A stretch of DNA of 64,000 bases from the NCBI GenBank assembly GCA_977016875.1, contig CDRNST010000354.1, positions 124,001 to 188,000 of the forward strand. The letters are read 5' to 3'. The notes beneath the pieces are model-generated. The model searched no databases. It worked only from the letters and a program-made list of their open reading frames with translations, and had not been told where the DNA came from. Source of the DNA: Pavona decussata (taxonomy: Eukaryota). Every line of letters begins with the position of its first letter. The first letter of the stretch is position 1. The position numbers and the translations under genes are program-made. Positions 22,491-36,050 of the stretch are shown piece after piece.

Positions 22491-25400
22491 TTAAAAATTT
22501 TTCCTGTCTCGCTTTTTATCTGAGAGGTACTTCTTTACCCGGAGGCGCTTTTCATTAGCCTCTTTCATCCTAAAAAGTAACAAGTTCGGAATTTAGTTTA
22601 ATTTCTGATAGACGAGAGAAACATGTTCTAGCCTTAGGTAAAGGGACAGTATCACGCTATTTTTAGTAAGACATTGAAAATCGAAAAGACGCTATTCGGT
22701 TGATAGCAGCCAAGATATAATGACAAAATTCCATTAAAAGACTATCAGAATGCAAAGAAACTATCCACGGACATTTTCGCCGGCAGATGACCAAGATAGA
22801 GGGGGGTTCAAATTTGAAAACGTCGGGCCGACGTTTTCAAGTTTCGCTCTCGTGACGCACTAAAAATCACCGGTTGTACTATATTTTGGTCCAACCTTTC
22901 GTCTTAAAATCACTATTAATATTTCTTTAAATCGGCAATTTAGAAATTAATTAGCACAGTGTTCAAAGTTTAAATTTAGTGAATTTTGACCAAAAATCAT
23001 GATATCTCCCATGATACTGCCCCTTTAAGAAAGTACTGAAGAACATTTGTCCGCAATTTTTTATTAATTACTTCAATCTTAATAAGGATTGCACCGAAAG
23101 GACTACTAGACAGAGCAACCACATTAGACTACCGAGAGGTAAATTAGAGACAATAAAATGCATTTTTCTATCATGGCGGCATGGTTTTTAATCAAATTTG
23201 TAGTTTTGTAGATTTTTGATAGTTTTATATTTCTATCATTTTGATGTGTGTGATCTTTTTAGAATTTCTAGAATGGGGCTATAGATAGATAAATAAAATA
23301 AAATAATTTGTCGATGGGAACGGTACGGCGCATTACACTGTAAAGTGTGTTAATAGCCATTAGCATCTAATTTCTTCTTAAATTACCCCTACTAAATTAA
23401 TCATACAGATATTCAAACAAATTCTCCCAACCTGTTTACAAGAAATCTATGAGAATAGAGCGGAGATTAAGCATGTTGATCAGTATTGGGGCTAACAGGG
23501 TTAACATATTTCATGTCTTACAGTTTTCGCACATGGGCCTTCTTCTCTGGAGTGGTTTCCTTGGGAACAAATGACGCCTCATCAATAATCATCTCCACTT
23601 TCTGAATGGCATCTTCCAAGTTTTTAAACTGGGTTCTGTATTTTGTGGAGCTGACAACAAGTTCACCGTCCTTATTAATACGATTTTTCTCCTATTGGAA
23701 ATATAAAGAGGACAGCAACAATTTAAAGAGAGATCGTCCTACTTCTTGCGATCCTTCTTTAATTCGATGTCGATATTTTAAATTTTCAGCTGATGATAAA
23801 ACTTTATACATACTATAAACAAATTGAACGACACTGCTTTTGAACACTGATGTGTGTTCTCATCGTGCAGTTAAATTGTAAGCACACTATTTTGGACATT
23901 CATTTGAAATAATCTGCACACTTAATAAATGCACTGCCATAGGTTTCTAAAAATTTAAAGCACTGTGTTTATTCAAATTCTGGAAAAACAGTCGTTTTGC
24001 CTCTTGAATTCGCGGAAGGAGACGGTCAATAGCCTCCTTTTGATATATTAAAATTCAACTTGCTGAGTGAGTGAGGCAAAGAGGACACAAACAAAGGAAA
24101 TTGAATAATCATGTTTATTCATTTCTGTTGTTTGTGTCCTCTGGACCTCGATATCAAGTTGAAGGAGCCTATTGCAGCCTCGTTCCCAGGTCTCTCCTCT
24201 TGCTGTCCTCTCCCGTTCCAGGGAATGAGAAAATGAGAGCCCTGGAGTCCTGGGAACGAGGTTGCGCAAATTTCTGAAAGCGAGAACTCGTAAGACAGTA
24301 GCGCCGCAGGCGTGTGTTCTCGCGCGCAAGCCTCACAAACCTGTAGTTCGAGTGATTTACACGTTTTGTTCATCGGATCGTCACAGACGAAAAAAACGGA
24401 CTGTTTGGAATGTGTGATGGACTATAAGAATCAAATACTGGGGCGCTATCTGTTTAGCTACAATGTCTGGCTCAACTGGTCGGTTAAAATACAAATGAAA
24501 CCTACGGATGTACTGGAATTTTTTTCTGGAACAAACAGACGATCTTCAGAGCTACTCCAATTTTTTACCCGTTCCGAACGGTTGGAGCGAAAATTATCGT
24601 CCAATCAATTAGCGCAAAATTTCCATTCCCCTTTTGTTGTCTTCTTTCATTTTTTCGTTTTTATTTCGCCACTAATAAGTTACATTAAAACAAAAGAAAA
24701 CAAATACACAACAAATTAAAAATATATATACTTAAAGTAGTTACATGTTGACAAATTTACAACACGTGATAAATATTACATTATAACTATATTTCAGTAT
24801 AGTTATAACATATAGTTTTAAAAAAATATATAGTTTTAAAAAAACTATATTATATTAAAACTATTTTAAACTATATGAACTGGGTAGACACAAATGAAAT
24901 TACAAATATAACATAATTATACGGATTTACAGAGAAAAACACGCTGATGAGGTATTTGTGGCGCAAATATGAATATAAATAGTGGCGAGGAAACCTAGTA
25001 ATAATCAAAGATTAAGGAGTGCGTTTGATGATCTCGATCCCAGGCTCTCTCTCCTTTGCCCAATTGGTGATGTCATCCGCCCCTGCAAAATCTGCGGGGG
25101 GTGCCAGATACGCGTCCCAAGATCCATTTATTCGTTGATCGATTGATTGTCCCATTTCTAGGTCGAGCGCAACAAAAGAAAAAATAGAAAAAAGGTTGTA
25201 TTTATTACTTGTTGGTAGAAAAAAAGGGCGGGTGCAGAGAGAAGCTAAAATGTTAATTGAAAGTCTTATTGGGTCAGTGTTTTTTAATTACAAAAGTTTT
25301 ACGGCTAATTACAACACGAACTTTAATTCTGCTTTCATAGGGACATGACATCTCAATTTACTAAAGAAAATGAAAATTCAAAATTTATATATTTCCTCCA

Positions 25401-28400
25401 ACATATAAAAGACGCCAATTTTCGTTATTGGCCTTAAATTATTTCTGTTTGATTCTTTTTTTCAGTTATGGAAAAAGTTTAAATCATAAAGGACGCAAGG
25501 AGCAAAACCGTTTCATTACATAACATTCATAGGTTGCGTAACTATTTTAGATAAGGCTAACAGATGATATCACACAACATAAAGTGCACTTTGTTCATCT
25601 ACAATCTGATAAAAAGATGAGAATTTGAAATTATTCCAAATTTATTTTGACTTGTCTAACGTATGTAAGCAGGCGCACCATTTTTCTTAAGTAAAAGACT
25701 ATAGATAAAACAAATTTCGTCGTTCAGTTTTATTATATGACGGTACAATGTCGCGTGTACTGTAGCAGGTGATTTGAAGAAAAGTGTGAATTCTCCTAAA
25801 ATGAAGAATCTGTAGTTAAACTGCGCCTTTTAAAAGCTTAGTACACAACAAAATTCACCACATTTAGACTTTGAGAGATTAGAACCACCGTATTAGGCTT
25901 CTTCTTTCTCACTTTGTGTTGCGTGGCTCACGGCCTTTTTCTCACAAATTATAACATAGCATTAATAAACACCTCTCGCTTTCTTTGTTTCAGTGTTGCT
26001 TTTCGTTTTATGACATTTGTCTGTTAAAGTAACTAACCCGCTGCGAATAACATCAGTTACTTTCTGATCAGTGTATTATGTTCTTTTTTTTTCCAATAAA
26101 TTATTTCTTGTGTTTGTTGTTGTGCAGCTGGAACAGGCTTAATTTTTTTAGCTATAAAAAGATGCACCGACACAAAAACAAACTTAAGCGTATAAATTAC
26201 AGTAAAAACCCGCATATAAGAACCTAGAATTTTCGAGGTCAGGCTGAACCGGTTCTTATTTTAGGGTAGTTTTTCACAATTCGGGCTGATTAGGTTCTTA
26301 ATAGGTTCGTATTTTTCAGAGGTTGTCGTAGTTGTGCTGTACTAAAACAAAATGGTTTAGCACTTGTATTTTCAACAACAAAAATGCTTGCCTTGTTGCA
26401 CTGTAGCTTTATGGAAAACATATTTCTAGTGAAAAATCCAAACAAATGTAAATCAAAGAAAACATATACACAATAACTTTTTGTCAGAAGTTTCTCACAC
26501 AATTAAAATCCAGAATTTTGACCATCAAAATTGGAGTGATTGTTTTTGTATAAGAACATACTTTTCTTTGCCAGGCTGAACAGGTTCTTATATTTTTGGG
26601 TATTTAAATGCCACATTTCAGTCTGTAGGTTCTTATATCACTAGGTTCTTATATGCGGGTATTTACTGTATTGACTATTTATTAATATATAATTCAGTGC
26701 TGTTCATCTATTTTACAGTTGATAAGATCCAAAGATCAGAGACCACAGTAACAGCGAACAGTCATATTTTTTCAGACTCTAATGGATGTCAGCCTGCGTT
26801 GCAGCCGGACTTGTCACTCAAGACCTATAGAGAACTCGATATCAGGGATTGTATAGACTCTCTGCGTCGCAGGCTAATGGCTGTTCAATTTATTCAAGTC
26901 CATAGTTATTGGAAAATAATTGTGCGGGGAAATTAACCACCCTTCATTTAACATGTTCGACTAAATTACTCATACATCAGGCTTGACAATAACCATCTGC
27001 GCTATCCTGAAATTAAAAACGGTATTTTACCGTCCCAAATAACAAAACTTTCGCTTCGAAAATAGCCACCTTCGAACAGGACCTCTTGAAATTCTTCAAA
27101 ATCCCGTGTCGTGTCAGCAAAGTTTATATAATGGAAGCTGGTGGAGAATTCTACTCGTGGTACGTTGTGTATTGTGTTGTTAACGCTTTCTTGTGCTGTA
27201 CTGCAATCATGTTCAACATAATAACAATCCATGCGATAAACAAAACTTCATCTTTGCCAAAACCTTTGAAAACATTGCTCCTGAGTCTGGCGGTTTCTGA
27301 TCTTGGTGTTGGCTTGCTTGTTCATCCTTTGTACGTTGCAACTCTTGTCATGGAGATGAAGACGAAAGACAATCCAATACATAGTAAGACGTATCTTTCG
27401 TTTGCCAGCCAAGCGAATCTCTTTTTAAATGTTTCATTCGCTGGTGTCACAGCTCTGAGTGCAGACAGATTCCTCGCTGTTCATCTTCACCTAAGATACC
27501 AGGAACTTGTGACTCACAAGCGTGTAGTTGCTGTGGTGACCTCACTTTGGTTGTTGAGCGCGGTTTTTTCGTTGGTTACGTTGTGGACCCCGGTGAACGT
27601 CATTTACCCCATTGTTATCATTATTGTTGTTGCTTGTTTGATAACTGCAGCATTTCTCAATTACAAAATATACATGGCCGTTCGACGCCATGCACATCAA
27701 ATCCAAGCTCTTCAGGTACAGCAAGTGGCACCAAATGGCGAAGTGCCGAATGTTGGAAGGGTAAGGAAATCTGCGGAAGCCACAATCTACATATATCTCG
27801 TGTTTTTGGTTTGTTATTTACCGCAAGCTTCTATGTTGTTGTTTACTACCATCACCAGCTCCAACTCATCGCTGAATACAGTAATCTTCCGTGGCACGCT
27901 CTCTCTGGTGCTTCTCAATTCGTCCCTCAATCCTGTGATTTACTGCTGGAAGATGAGAAACATTCGACACGCTCTTATGGAGATACTGAGAAACACGTTT
28001 TCAAGTGGCAACAACTGAAAGGACGCGAGGGTGGGATGGAGTCCGGTTTCATCAGACTGAGAACAGTACTTTAGCTTTCGATGCGATCATAGAAGAAAGA
28101 CAATTCGGTCATACATACCTAACACGTGTCGACTTAATCATTTCTCGCTAAAAAGTAGGGAATGAATCAGGCGCTATGTCGCTGAAATTTGCGTAACAAT
28201 CTTTCATTATAGGACCTTCAGTATGTCTACGCAAAGTTAGCAATAGATCTGTGCATGCTTTTCAATCTAAATTTACAGTGAGGGTCAACAACACTGATGT
28301 AGTACGCGTCTAGTTTCCGAGTGTTGTTAGCATAACACATATAAGCAGTAATAAAAAAGGCATTATTTTGCCAAAATATCGTCAGCGAGATGAATATCTC

Positions 28401-31400
28401 CTTTTCGTTTTGAGGTCGGTGTTTTTTATCTATTTCATTAAAAGCGTGAGCAGAATTTTTAAACTATGAACTTCCTATTTTTAGGGATTTGCTGGTTGAG
28501 ATGTAAATGTATAATATTTCGCGCAAATTAGTTGAGAGAGAAAGGACGAGTTCCTTATGCAAACGTTGCTTATTATTCAGAATCGGCTTTAAAGCAAGTT
28601 CGGTAAATCAAATCTTTTACGAACGGCAAAAAAGCCCATTGGGACAAGTCTTGTTTCACCCAAAAAAGATTCTAAGGAACAAAATATTCCTGTCAGGCAC
28701 GTTTTGCCCACGTTCGATCGAGAATCTTGGGCGAAGAACAACAAAAGGAAATTTGTTTTTCTTCTGTCTTTCGGCTGCTAACTTTTTTCAGAGTACATTA
28801 GATTCTACCAAAGCTACTGAAAGTACAGTTGTCTTATTACGTTTCAATTATGTCGAAATGGCAACTTTGTCAGTATTTAAGAAGTAAATGGTTTAATAAA
28901 CTCACATTATTGGTGGAAAAATGTCATAAAACTGTTATATTACTTTTAGATTGGCGAAGCCAAGTGCTCCTTGTCGCAGAAAACGGAGCACGGATACAAC
29001 CATTTCATCATCATTATTACTCTTCATAGGCTAAGTTTGCCCCTTCAATCCCGTCGTCTCAGCCATTCTTGTCGCTGGAACTAATTTAACTCCCGTCCTT
29101 TCTTTAATATTTGCAAGTCATGTTTGTATGCAGCCATTTCATAATAAAAATGAAAGATGCCCGGACGAATTCGTTTCTGTTAAAACTCCTGATGGAAACG
29201 TATCTCCAATCATTAGTAATATCTTCACGTACCCAGACAAGGGATGAAACTAATACCACGTGACTCGTTCAATGTGGACGGAGCATACTGGTGACGGAAA
29301 CGGAAGTCAAGTTCTGCACTGTGCTACAGGGGCCATTTTTGATCCGCTAAGCGATATAAATAGTTAATACGGCTAAAACATTTGAGCGTCCCCCGTGTCG
29401 ACGAGATACACAGCAACTGACGAGATTACAAGAGAATCGAAACTGCAGTCTTACATGAGAAACAACATTAGACACTCGCCAGAAGAAATGCCGACTGTCT
29501 TAGCTTTAAATATCTGCTGCGGATGCGAACTAAGCCACAAAATAATGGAGGTACATGTCAGCTCTAAGAACACAGTAGCTGTTTTTCAGATTAGAAGCGG
29601 CAACCCAGAGAGCTAAAAGACAGCGCAACAAGCTATAGCTCTCGAAAGCGAGAGACAACAATAATCAGCTTTGTAAAGACGAGGATCTGTTAGACACTCA
29701 TATCCGTGATAAGCAAACATCCTGCAATCTTCCCTTAGCGAGATACAATAGCATAAGCATTAATTCACGAGTTAAGAAATCCACGGATCCTGTGTCTTCA
29801 CAGATAACATTTTTTTAGCACAACCTGAAATCTTGCAGTTAATCCAAGCTGATAAGCCTTAACAAATGCCACAGAGCAAGTAAGAAGCCCTCCATTCAGT
29901 ATATAAGTTGAGAATTCCCCCTCACGATCAAAGCCAAACACCATTAAGCAGAGTGGTCGCATCACATTTTGATCTTAAGGGAAGAATCTCTTATACAAAA
30001 GGAAAATCGCTTAAAGGACCCTAGTCAGCCTTCGCCATTTTCGATGCCATCGAAATTATTGATCAGTATTGCATGGTGAAGCAAAATCTTATTGCTTAAC
30101 TGTAAGTCGTGTTCCTGAAAGTATGTTTCATTATCTTCAGTAGTTTCACAGTGATTTCGTTCATTTCGACATGCTCCGAATTAAATATAATAGCTAAACT
30201 CTCGCATATAAACAAAAGCAAAGGTGTGGCTGACTAGGGCCCTTTAATTAAAGACATGCTTGTAAAAGCGAACCTGATAAGGCTTTTATCAACACAACGG
30301 ACACACAGTGGGATTCGCGTAGGCTTGTCAACCCCATTTTAACATGCTTGTGACGTATTTCCGTCACCGGTTTCCTCCGGTCCACATCGTACGACAGCGA
30401 ACATTTAACCGTAAAAAAACCGTTCCCGAAAAGTTAGCCCGTGAGTAAGCTCTCTTGGAGGTGGAGGATTAAGGTGGCTCAATAGGCAAAAAAATGGCAA
30501 ATTTTAGTTTTTCTGGAAATACTTGTTTTGGCATATTCAATCATTGTAGTTTCAAGGAAAATATATATTTTTCCGATTTTCGCATTGTTTTACTACGATA
30601 TTTAGCTTTTTCTGCAAGCAGTCAATTCAGTTTTGTTGGTTGCCAAGGCAACCAGCATTGTTTACGCGTTGTTTTGGGTCCAAAACTCACTGTTTTTGCG
30701 TCCAATTTCAATGGAAGTCGCGTACGAGCAGCAATAAATATTCAAGAGGCCTGGTGACTAACTGGAGACACTACGGAATCAATACATGAAATAGTTTGAG
30801 AGGAGAGACGAGCGAGCAAGGATAAATTAGCGAAAATCACAGATTACTGAAGAAACATGCCGAAATTTAGAAGCACCAGAAGGAAAATTCGAAAATTTAA
30901 TGGAAATCAGCTTGTAAAGAAAGCAAAACGAACCGAGTCAGAGAATTTGAATGTGGAGGAATCGACAGAACTAGAAAAGAGCGAAGAGTCCGAAAGCGAA
31001 CAGACCGACCACGAGGGACCCGCTGAGCATGAAGAACCTTGCTGTTCATCCTCTGCATCTGCATCGAAACTTGAAAGCAAGTCTACTGATGTTATGAATG
31101 AAGTTGAGCCGGACAGTATGGAAGGATTCCGTTTTATCGACATTGCTATCCTTGCAACCGTTTTTAATTCATTGTGGTGCCCAGTTTGTAAATACGGCCA
31201 TGTTGTTATGGAAGAAGACAGAGGAGCTAAGATGGGATTTGCTTCCCTTCTTGTTTTGAAGTGCACAGCTAGGAAGTGTTCTTTCGTGAAGCAGTTTTAC
31301 ACCTCGGCTAAAGTTGAGAAAAGCAGGGCTTTTGAGGTGAAGAGAAGGATTGTCCTAGCCACAAGGAACATTGGCGTAGGGCACCAAGGCCTTGTGAAAT

Positions 31401-34400
31401 TTTCAGGTGTCATGAACATGTTGTCACCTATGAATGAAAACGCATACAGGGACCATGTGGATGCCATCCGAAATGCTGCTGAACGTGTGGCCAAACAGAG
31501 CATGATGAATGCAGTAGAGGAGGAAAAAGGATTTTATGAACCTGACAGTGATGGTGTATATGACATTGGAGTTTCAGGGGATGGTACATGGAGAAAGAGA
31601 GGCTTCTCTTCATCATCTGGTGTTGTCACAGCCATATCCCTGCTTACTGGCAAAACTCTTGATGTTGAAATAATGTCCAAGGAGTGTAGGGAATGCATGG
31701 GATGGAGAGACAAGCAAGGAACTCCTGAATTCGATGAGTGGTGGGAAAGCCATCAAGCATTTTGCCATGCGAACTATACTGGGTCGTCTGGTTCCATGGA
31801 TGCCGCTGGGGTGCTTGCTATATTTCAGAGATCCATTGAAAATTACTCTGTGCGATATGTTGAGTTTCTCGGGGATGGGGACAGCAAATCTCATAACCTG
31901 CTTGTAAATGAAGTTGTCTATGGTGACATTGAAGTCACTAAACTTGAATGTGTAGGGCATGTTCAAAAGCGACTTGGATCCAGGCTTCGCTCACTGAAAA
32001 AGAGAACAGGACAGGCACGCCTTGAGGATGGTAAAGGTATTGGTGGCAGGGGAAGGCTGACTGACAAGACAATTGACAGTTTGCAAGTCTATTATGGAAA
32101 AGCAATCAGGGAGAACACCCATGATATTGGTGCTATGCAAAACGCAGTCATGGCCATATGGCATCATACCCAAGCTACCGATGACAACCCTGATCATGAC
32201 CTCTGCCCACCTGGTGAACACTCATGGTGTGGTTTTCAGAGGGATCAAGCAAATGGAACTACAGATTATACACATGAGCACCCTTTTCCACCAGCTGTGG
32301 CCAAAGCCATTCTTCCTTCATTTGAAGCCCTGAGTGACAGAGATCTTCTCAGCAGATGTTTACATGGCGGGACGCAAAACAGAAACGAGGCCATCAATGC
32401 TCTCATTTGGCAAAGGGCTACAAAAGAAATGCATTCAGGCTTACCAGTGGTTGAACTAGCAACTTTCTTAGCTGTTGCACATTTTAATGATGGGGCAGCA
32501 TCATTACTTTTGGTCCTTGAAGAACTTGGTATTGCTCCTGGTGTTCACAGTGTTGCCGCATGTGATAAATTAGACAGCACACGTATACGCCACTCCAACC
32601 GTAAAAGCTCTGAACCAGCCAAGAAACGCCGAAAACAATTGAGGAACTGGAAAAAGGGATATTCAGAAACTCTGGAGGCACAAGAGGGACCATCCTATGA
32701 AGCTGGGGTCTTCTAAAGTAATTTTATGTACTGGAACATCAATGAAACTCATACTTTAATTTTAGACTTAATTTTCTCAAATTGCGCAATTTTGCAGTTT
32801 TTTTTTCCACGAAAACAGTCATATCTTAAAAACTATTTAAGATATTGCCATGAAATTTTCAGGTCATTTTAAGTAACATTAGAGCTGTGCAATGAACCTC
32901 TGTGGTGTGGTTCTGACTTATACTTTGTATTCTAGTACAGTATATACCAAAGCGTCGTGATAAGGTTTTCTTGCATCTTTTCAGAGCAGGTTTTTTTCAT
33001 GTAAACATTGACTTACAGTGCCACAAATGGTTCATTGCAAAGCCATGGAACTTATCTTACTGCTTGCCAAGTGTTAAGTTCATAGTCTTGGCCCTTCCAG
33101 AGAAATTGATGTTAGCGTGATCCATAGAAAATTTGTCTCGGAATTGGGTGTGGTCAGGCCTAGTGCCATATTTCCTAAGGTATTTAATTAAAGCCCACCA
33201 ACTTTGGGAATATTAATATATAAGAACTAAAGGAAACACTGAGATAGGTTGATTGAGTTTCTTGCAATGAAAAGTATCTATAAAAACTGACCAAAATTAG
33301 TCGTTTTTTGCCTATCGAGCCACTATTCATATCGCTTAGCGGATCAAATTTGCCCCCTGTAGCACAGTGCAGAACTTGACTTCCGAGTTTCCGTCACCAG
33401 TATGCTCCGTCCACATTGAACGAGTCACGTGGTATTAGTTTCATCCCTTGTCTCTTTTTCTCTCTCGGCACTTCGTGCCTCGCTGTAAAAGCTTCGCTTT
33501 TCCGACGTCGTCGTTCGGGCGACGATCGTTTTCCCACAGGCGGTCATAGCCAGCTTGGGGTAAATCTTTCAGCAGACGCGTAATAAGATCCCATGACGCT
33601 TTGTTAGATCACGTAAATCGGTTTGCGCCGGAGAATTTAGCCGCTGATTTACAACAAATTTGACTCCTCTGCGCCCTGTGATTGCGACGGTGTTTTTTAA
33701 TTACAAACGTTTTGCGGCTAATTACAACACGAACTTTAAGAGGCTGTCCGCGTTAGAACGGATAAGGCAAATTTCGGCTTTTCACCGATTTCGCTGATTT
33801 TTTCTATGAACATCAATCATTATTATCAGCGTAGAGTGCCCACAGATTTTATTGCATACATTGGTAGATTGGTGCTAATGCTTTTGAGTTAAAATAGACT
33901 TGACCCTAAGTCAGGTCCCACTTTTGAGAAAATAGGTTTTGACTACATGAATGTCACGTTTAATGCATTCTGAAGTTTAGAAGGAGGTATTTTGAAAAAA
34001 TTGTAACTCAGTCAAAATTTCACAGAAAACAAAAGTTAAACATCTAAATAGTCATTGACAAATGGAACTTCAATGCGTAAAATATTCAAGCTGTTTGAGC
34101 AAGGAATGACGTTTTGGAAGCACCGGCAATGTACAGATAAATGGTTGAGTCCGCAAAGGTAAATTGGGTAGTTTTGAGGTCACCTTGTAAACTTTCTCGC
34201 CAACAAGGAAAAAAATCGCATTGAGCTCAGTAAATGTGATATTTGTTTATGGGATATAATGATTGATGGTCATAGAAAAAAATCAGCGAAATCGGCGAAA
34301 AGCCGAAATTTGCCTTATCCGTTCTTACGCAGACAGCCTCTTAATACTGCTTTCATATGGACAAAACAAAAAGATAATTCTAATCATTTAAAGTCCTATT

Positions 34401-36019
34401 ATGTCGGTGTTTGTTAAAAGTAAAAGTCTCCTGTCTGCTTACTGGACGAAGCTTGATTAAGTATTTTGGGCCATCAATTTCTTGAAGAGAATGCAAATGC
34501 AGAAAAATATATTTGCCGCAACAAATAACAAATTGGCCTTTTAAAAATATAGCAGATGCTTTCTTTCGAAAATACCGACAATTTTGTTAGTTGGGCTAAT
34601 GAACGGGGCAATGAACAATAAAGTTTTTATTAATTCTGTAACGCCGACCCTAAATAAAGGTTTTTCTGCTGTTTTGGACTGTGTTATTGGGTCCTGAAAC
34701 AATCACCGCAGTAAAAAGATAGGAATTTAAAATTCTCCCAAACTCCTCTTGTATGTACGCACCATTTTTCTTTTAGAACACATATTCACAAAATTGTAAA
34801 TTAAAAACAAATTTCGTCAACGAGATCGATGTGATGGCACATTCAAGTAGTGGTCAAGCTTGTTTTTTTCGTAGCAGCGGATTTTTGTCAATGTGTCCAT
34901 TCTAATAGAAGATAATGAACCTACTGTAGAATGAAAAATGATAACTTAGTTGTCCTTTGCAGGTTTTTGAAAAGTCTGTTGCACAGAATGTTTTTCTGGC
35001 ATATACTGCATAAAAACATTAAGAGTATAATTTCGTGGGATCTGTCTTCTTGTCCCTGTGCCAATAAAGTTTGAGAAAAGGTTGAGATATTTGTCGCAAC
35101 AGTTGAAAGATGAACACTAAACAGGCAATTAAACTCTTTAATTACGTCCCCATTGCCTTTTCTTAACAAAATGACCTCTATTTCGAAATCGACAAACTTT
35201 TTAAAAGAGCTTATAGCGCTATCATGTATATTTTTCATCTACCAAGGAGACTGGAAGTTTAGAACTAAAGACGGGGATCTTAGCCAAGATAAAAAAAAAA
35301 AGCGCGCCATTTAACATCGAAAGTTTTACGGAATTTCTTACCGAAATTTCAGGATAAATAGAAAGTACCCATGTTTATTATGTTTAAAAAAAAAATGTTT
35401 ATTATGTGGTTCGTCTACGACCCTTGTTGCTTGTGTGCACCAATATTGTTTTATAAAATTTCAAGGTTTTCAATAAAAGCTAGTGACCAGCAAAATGTAT
35501 GAAATGTTATTTTAAAACGGCTACCGTTGAATTTCATCTGCCAGGCCCCGGTTGTTCAAAGTGCGGATAACTCTATCCAGCGGATAACTCTATCCAGCAG
35601 ATAAAATACACGGTACTCCAACCAATACATTTTATCCGCTGGATAGCGACTTATCCTCTGGATAAAGTTATCCGCTCTTTGAACAACGGGGGCCTGAAGA
35701 ATAGGGCTTAAACAGAATCTTGTTAATAACAGGTAGAAATGAGGTAGTAATGTGTCACTGTGCAGCTTAAGGGCATGGAACAATATTGGTGAGATGAAAC
35801 GTTAGGTAAAGACGCACTTGAGTCTAAGTGGCCCACACGGCTGGAGCTTAGCCCGGTTTCTGTAGCATGGAGCAACAAGGAGTATTGCTACTCCCCCCTG
35901 AATGGGATGCTAGTCCATCGTAGGGTTACCCCCAGCAGTATGTCGCCGGTAGCCATTTATACACCTGGGCCCAGTTGCTCGAAGCATGGTTAGCGCTAAC
36001 CCGGGTTAAATACCATAAC

Positions 36020-36050
<31 letters not shown>

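Larger units (their letters stand above)
29235..33453. mobile_element. Element with about 130-bp inverted terminal repeats hosting the Kolobok and a MITE
   Basis: 29235-29363 is the reverse complement of 33323-33453 with few differences; no TSD seen; diverged third partial copy at 30358-30387. Confidence 0.8.

Noticed and set aside
30907-32693. Antisense and alternate-frame ORFs over the transposase, and similar ones over the NHL, F-box and GPCR genes
   Set aside because: Shadows of the real coding frames with no motifs of their own.
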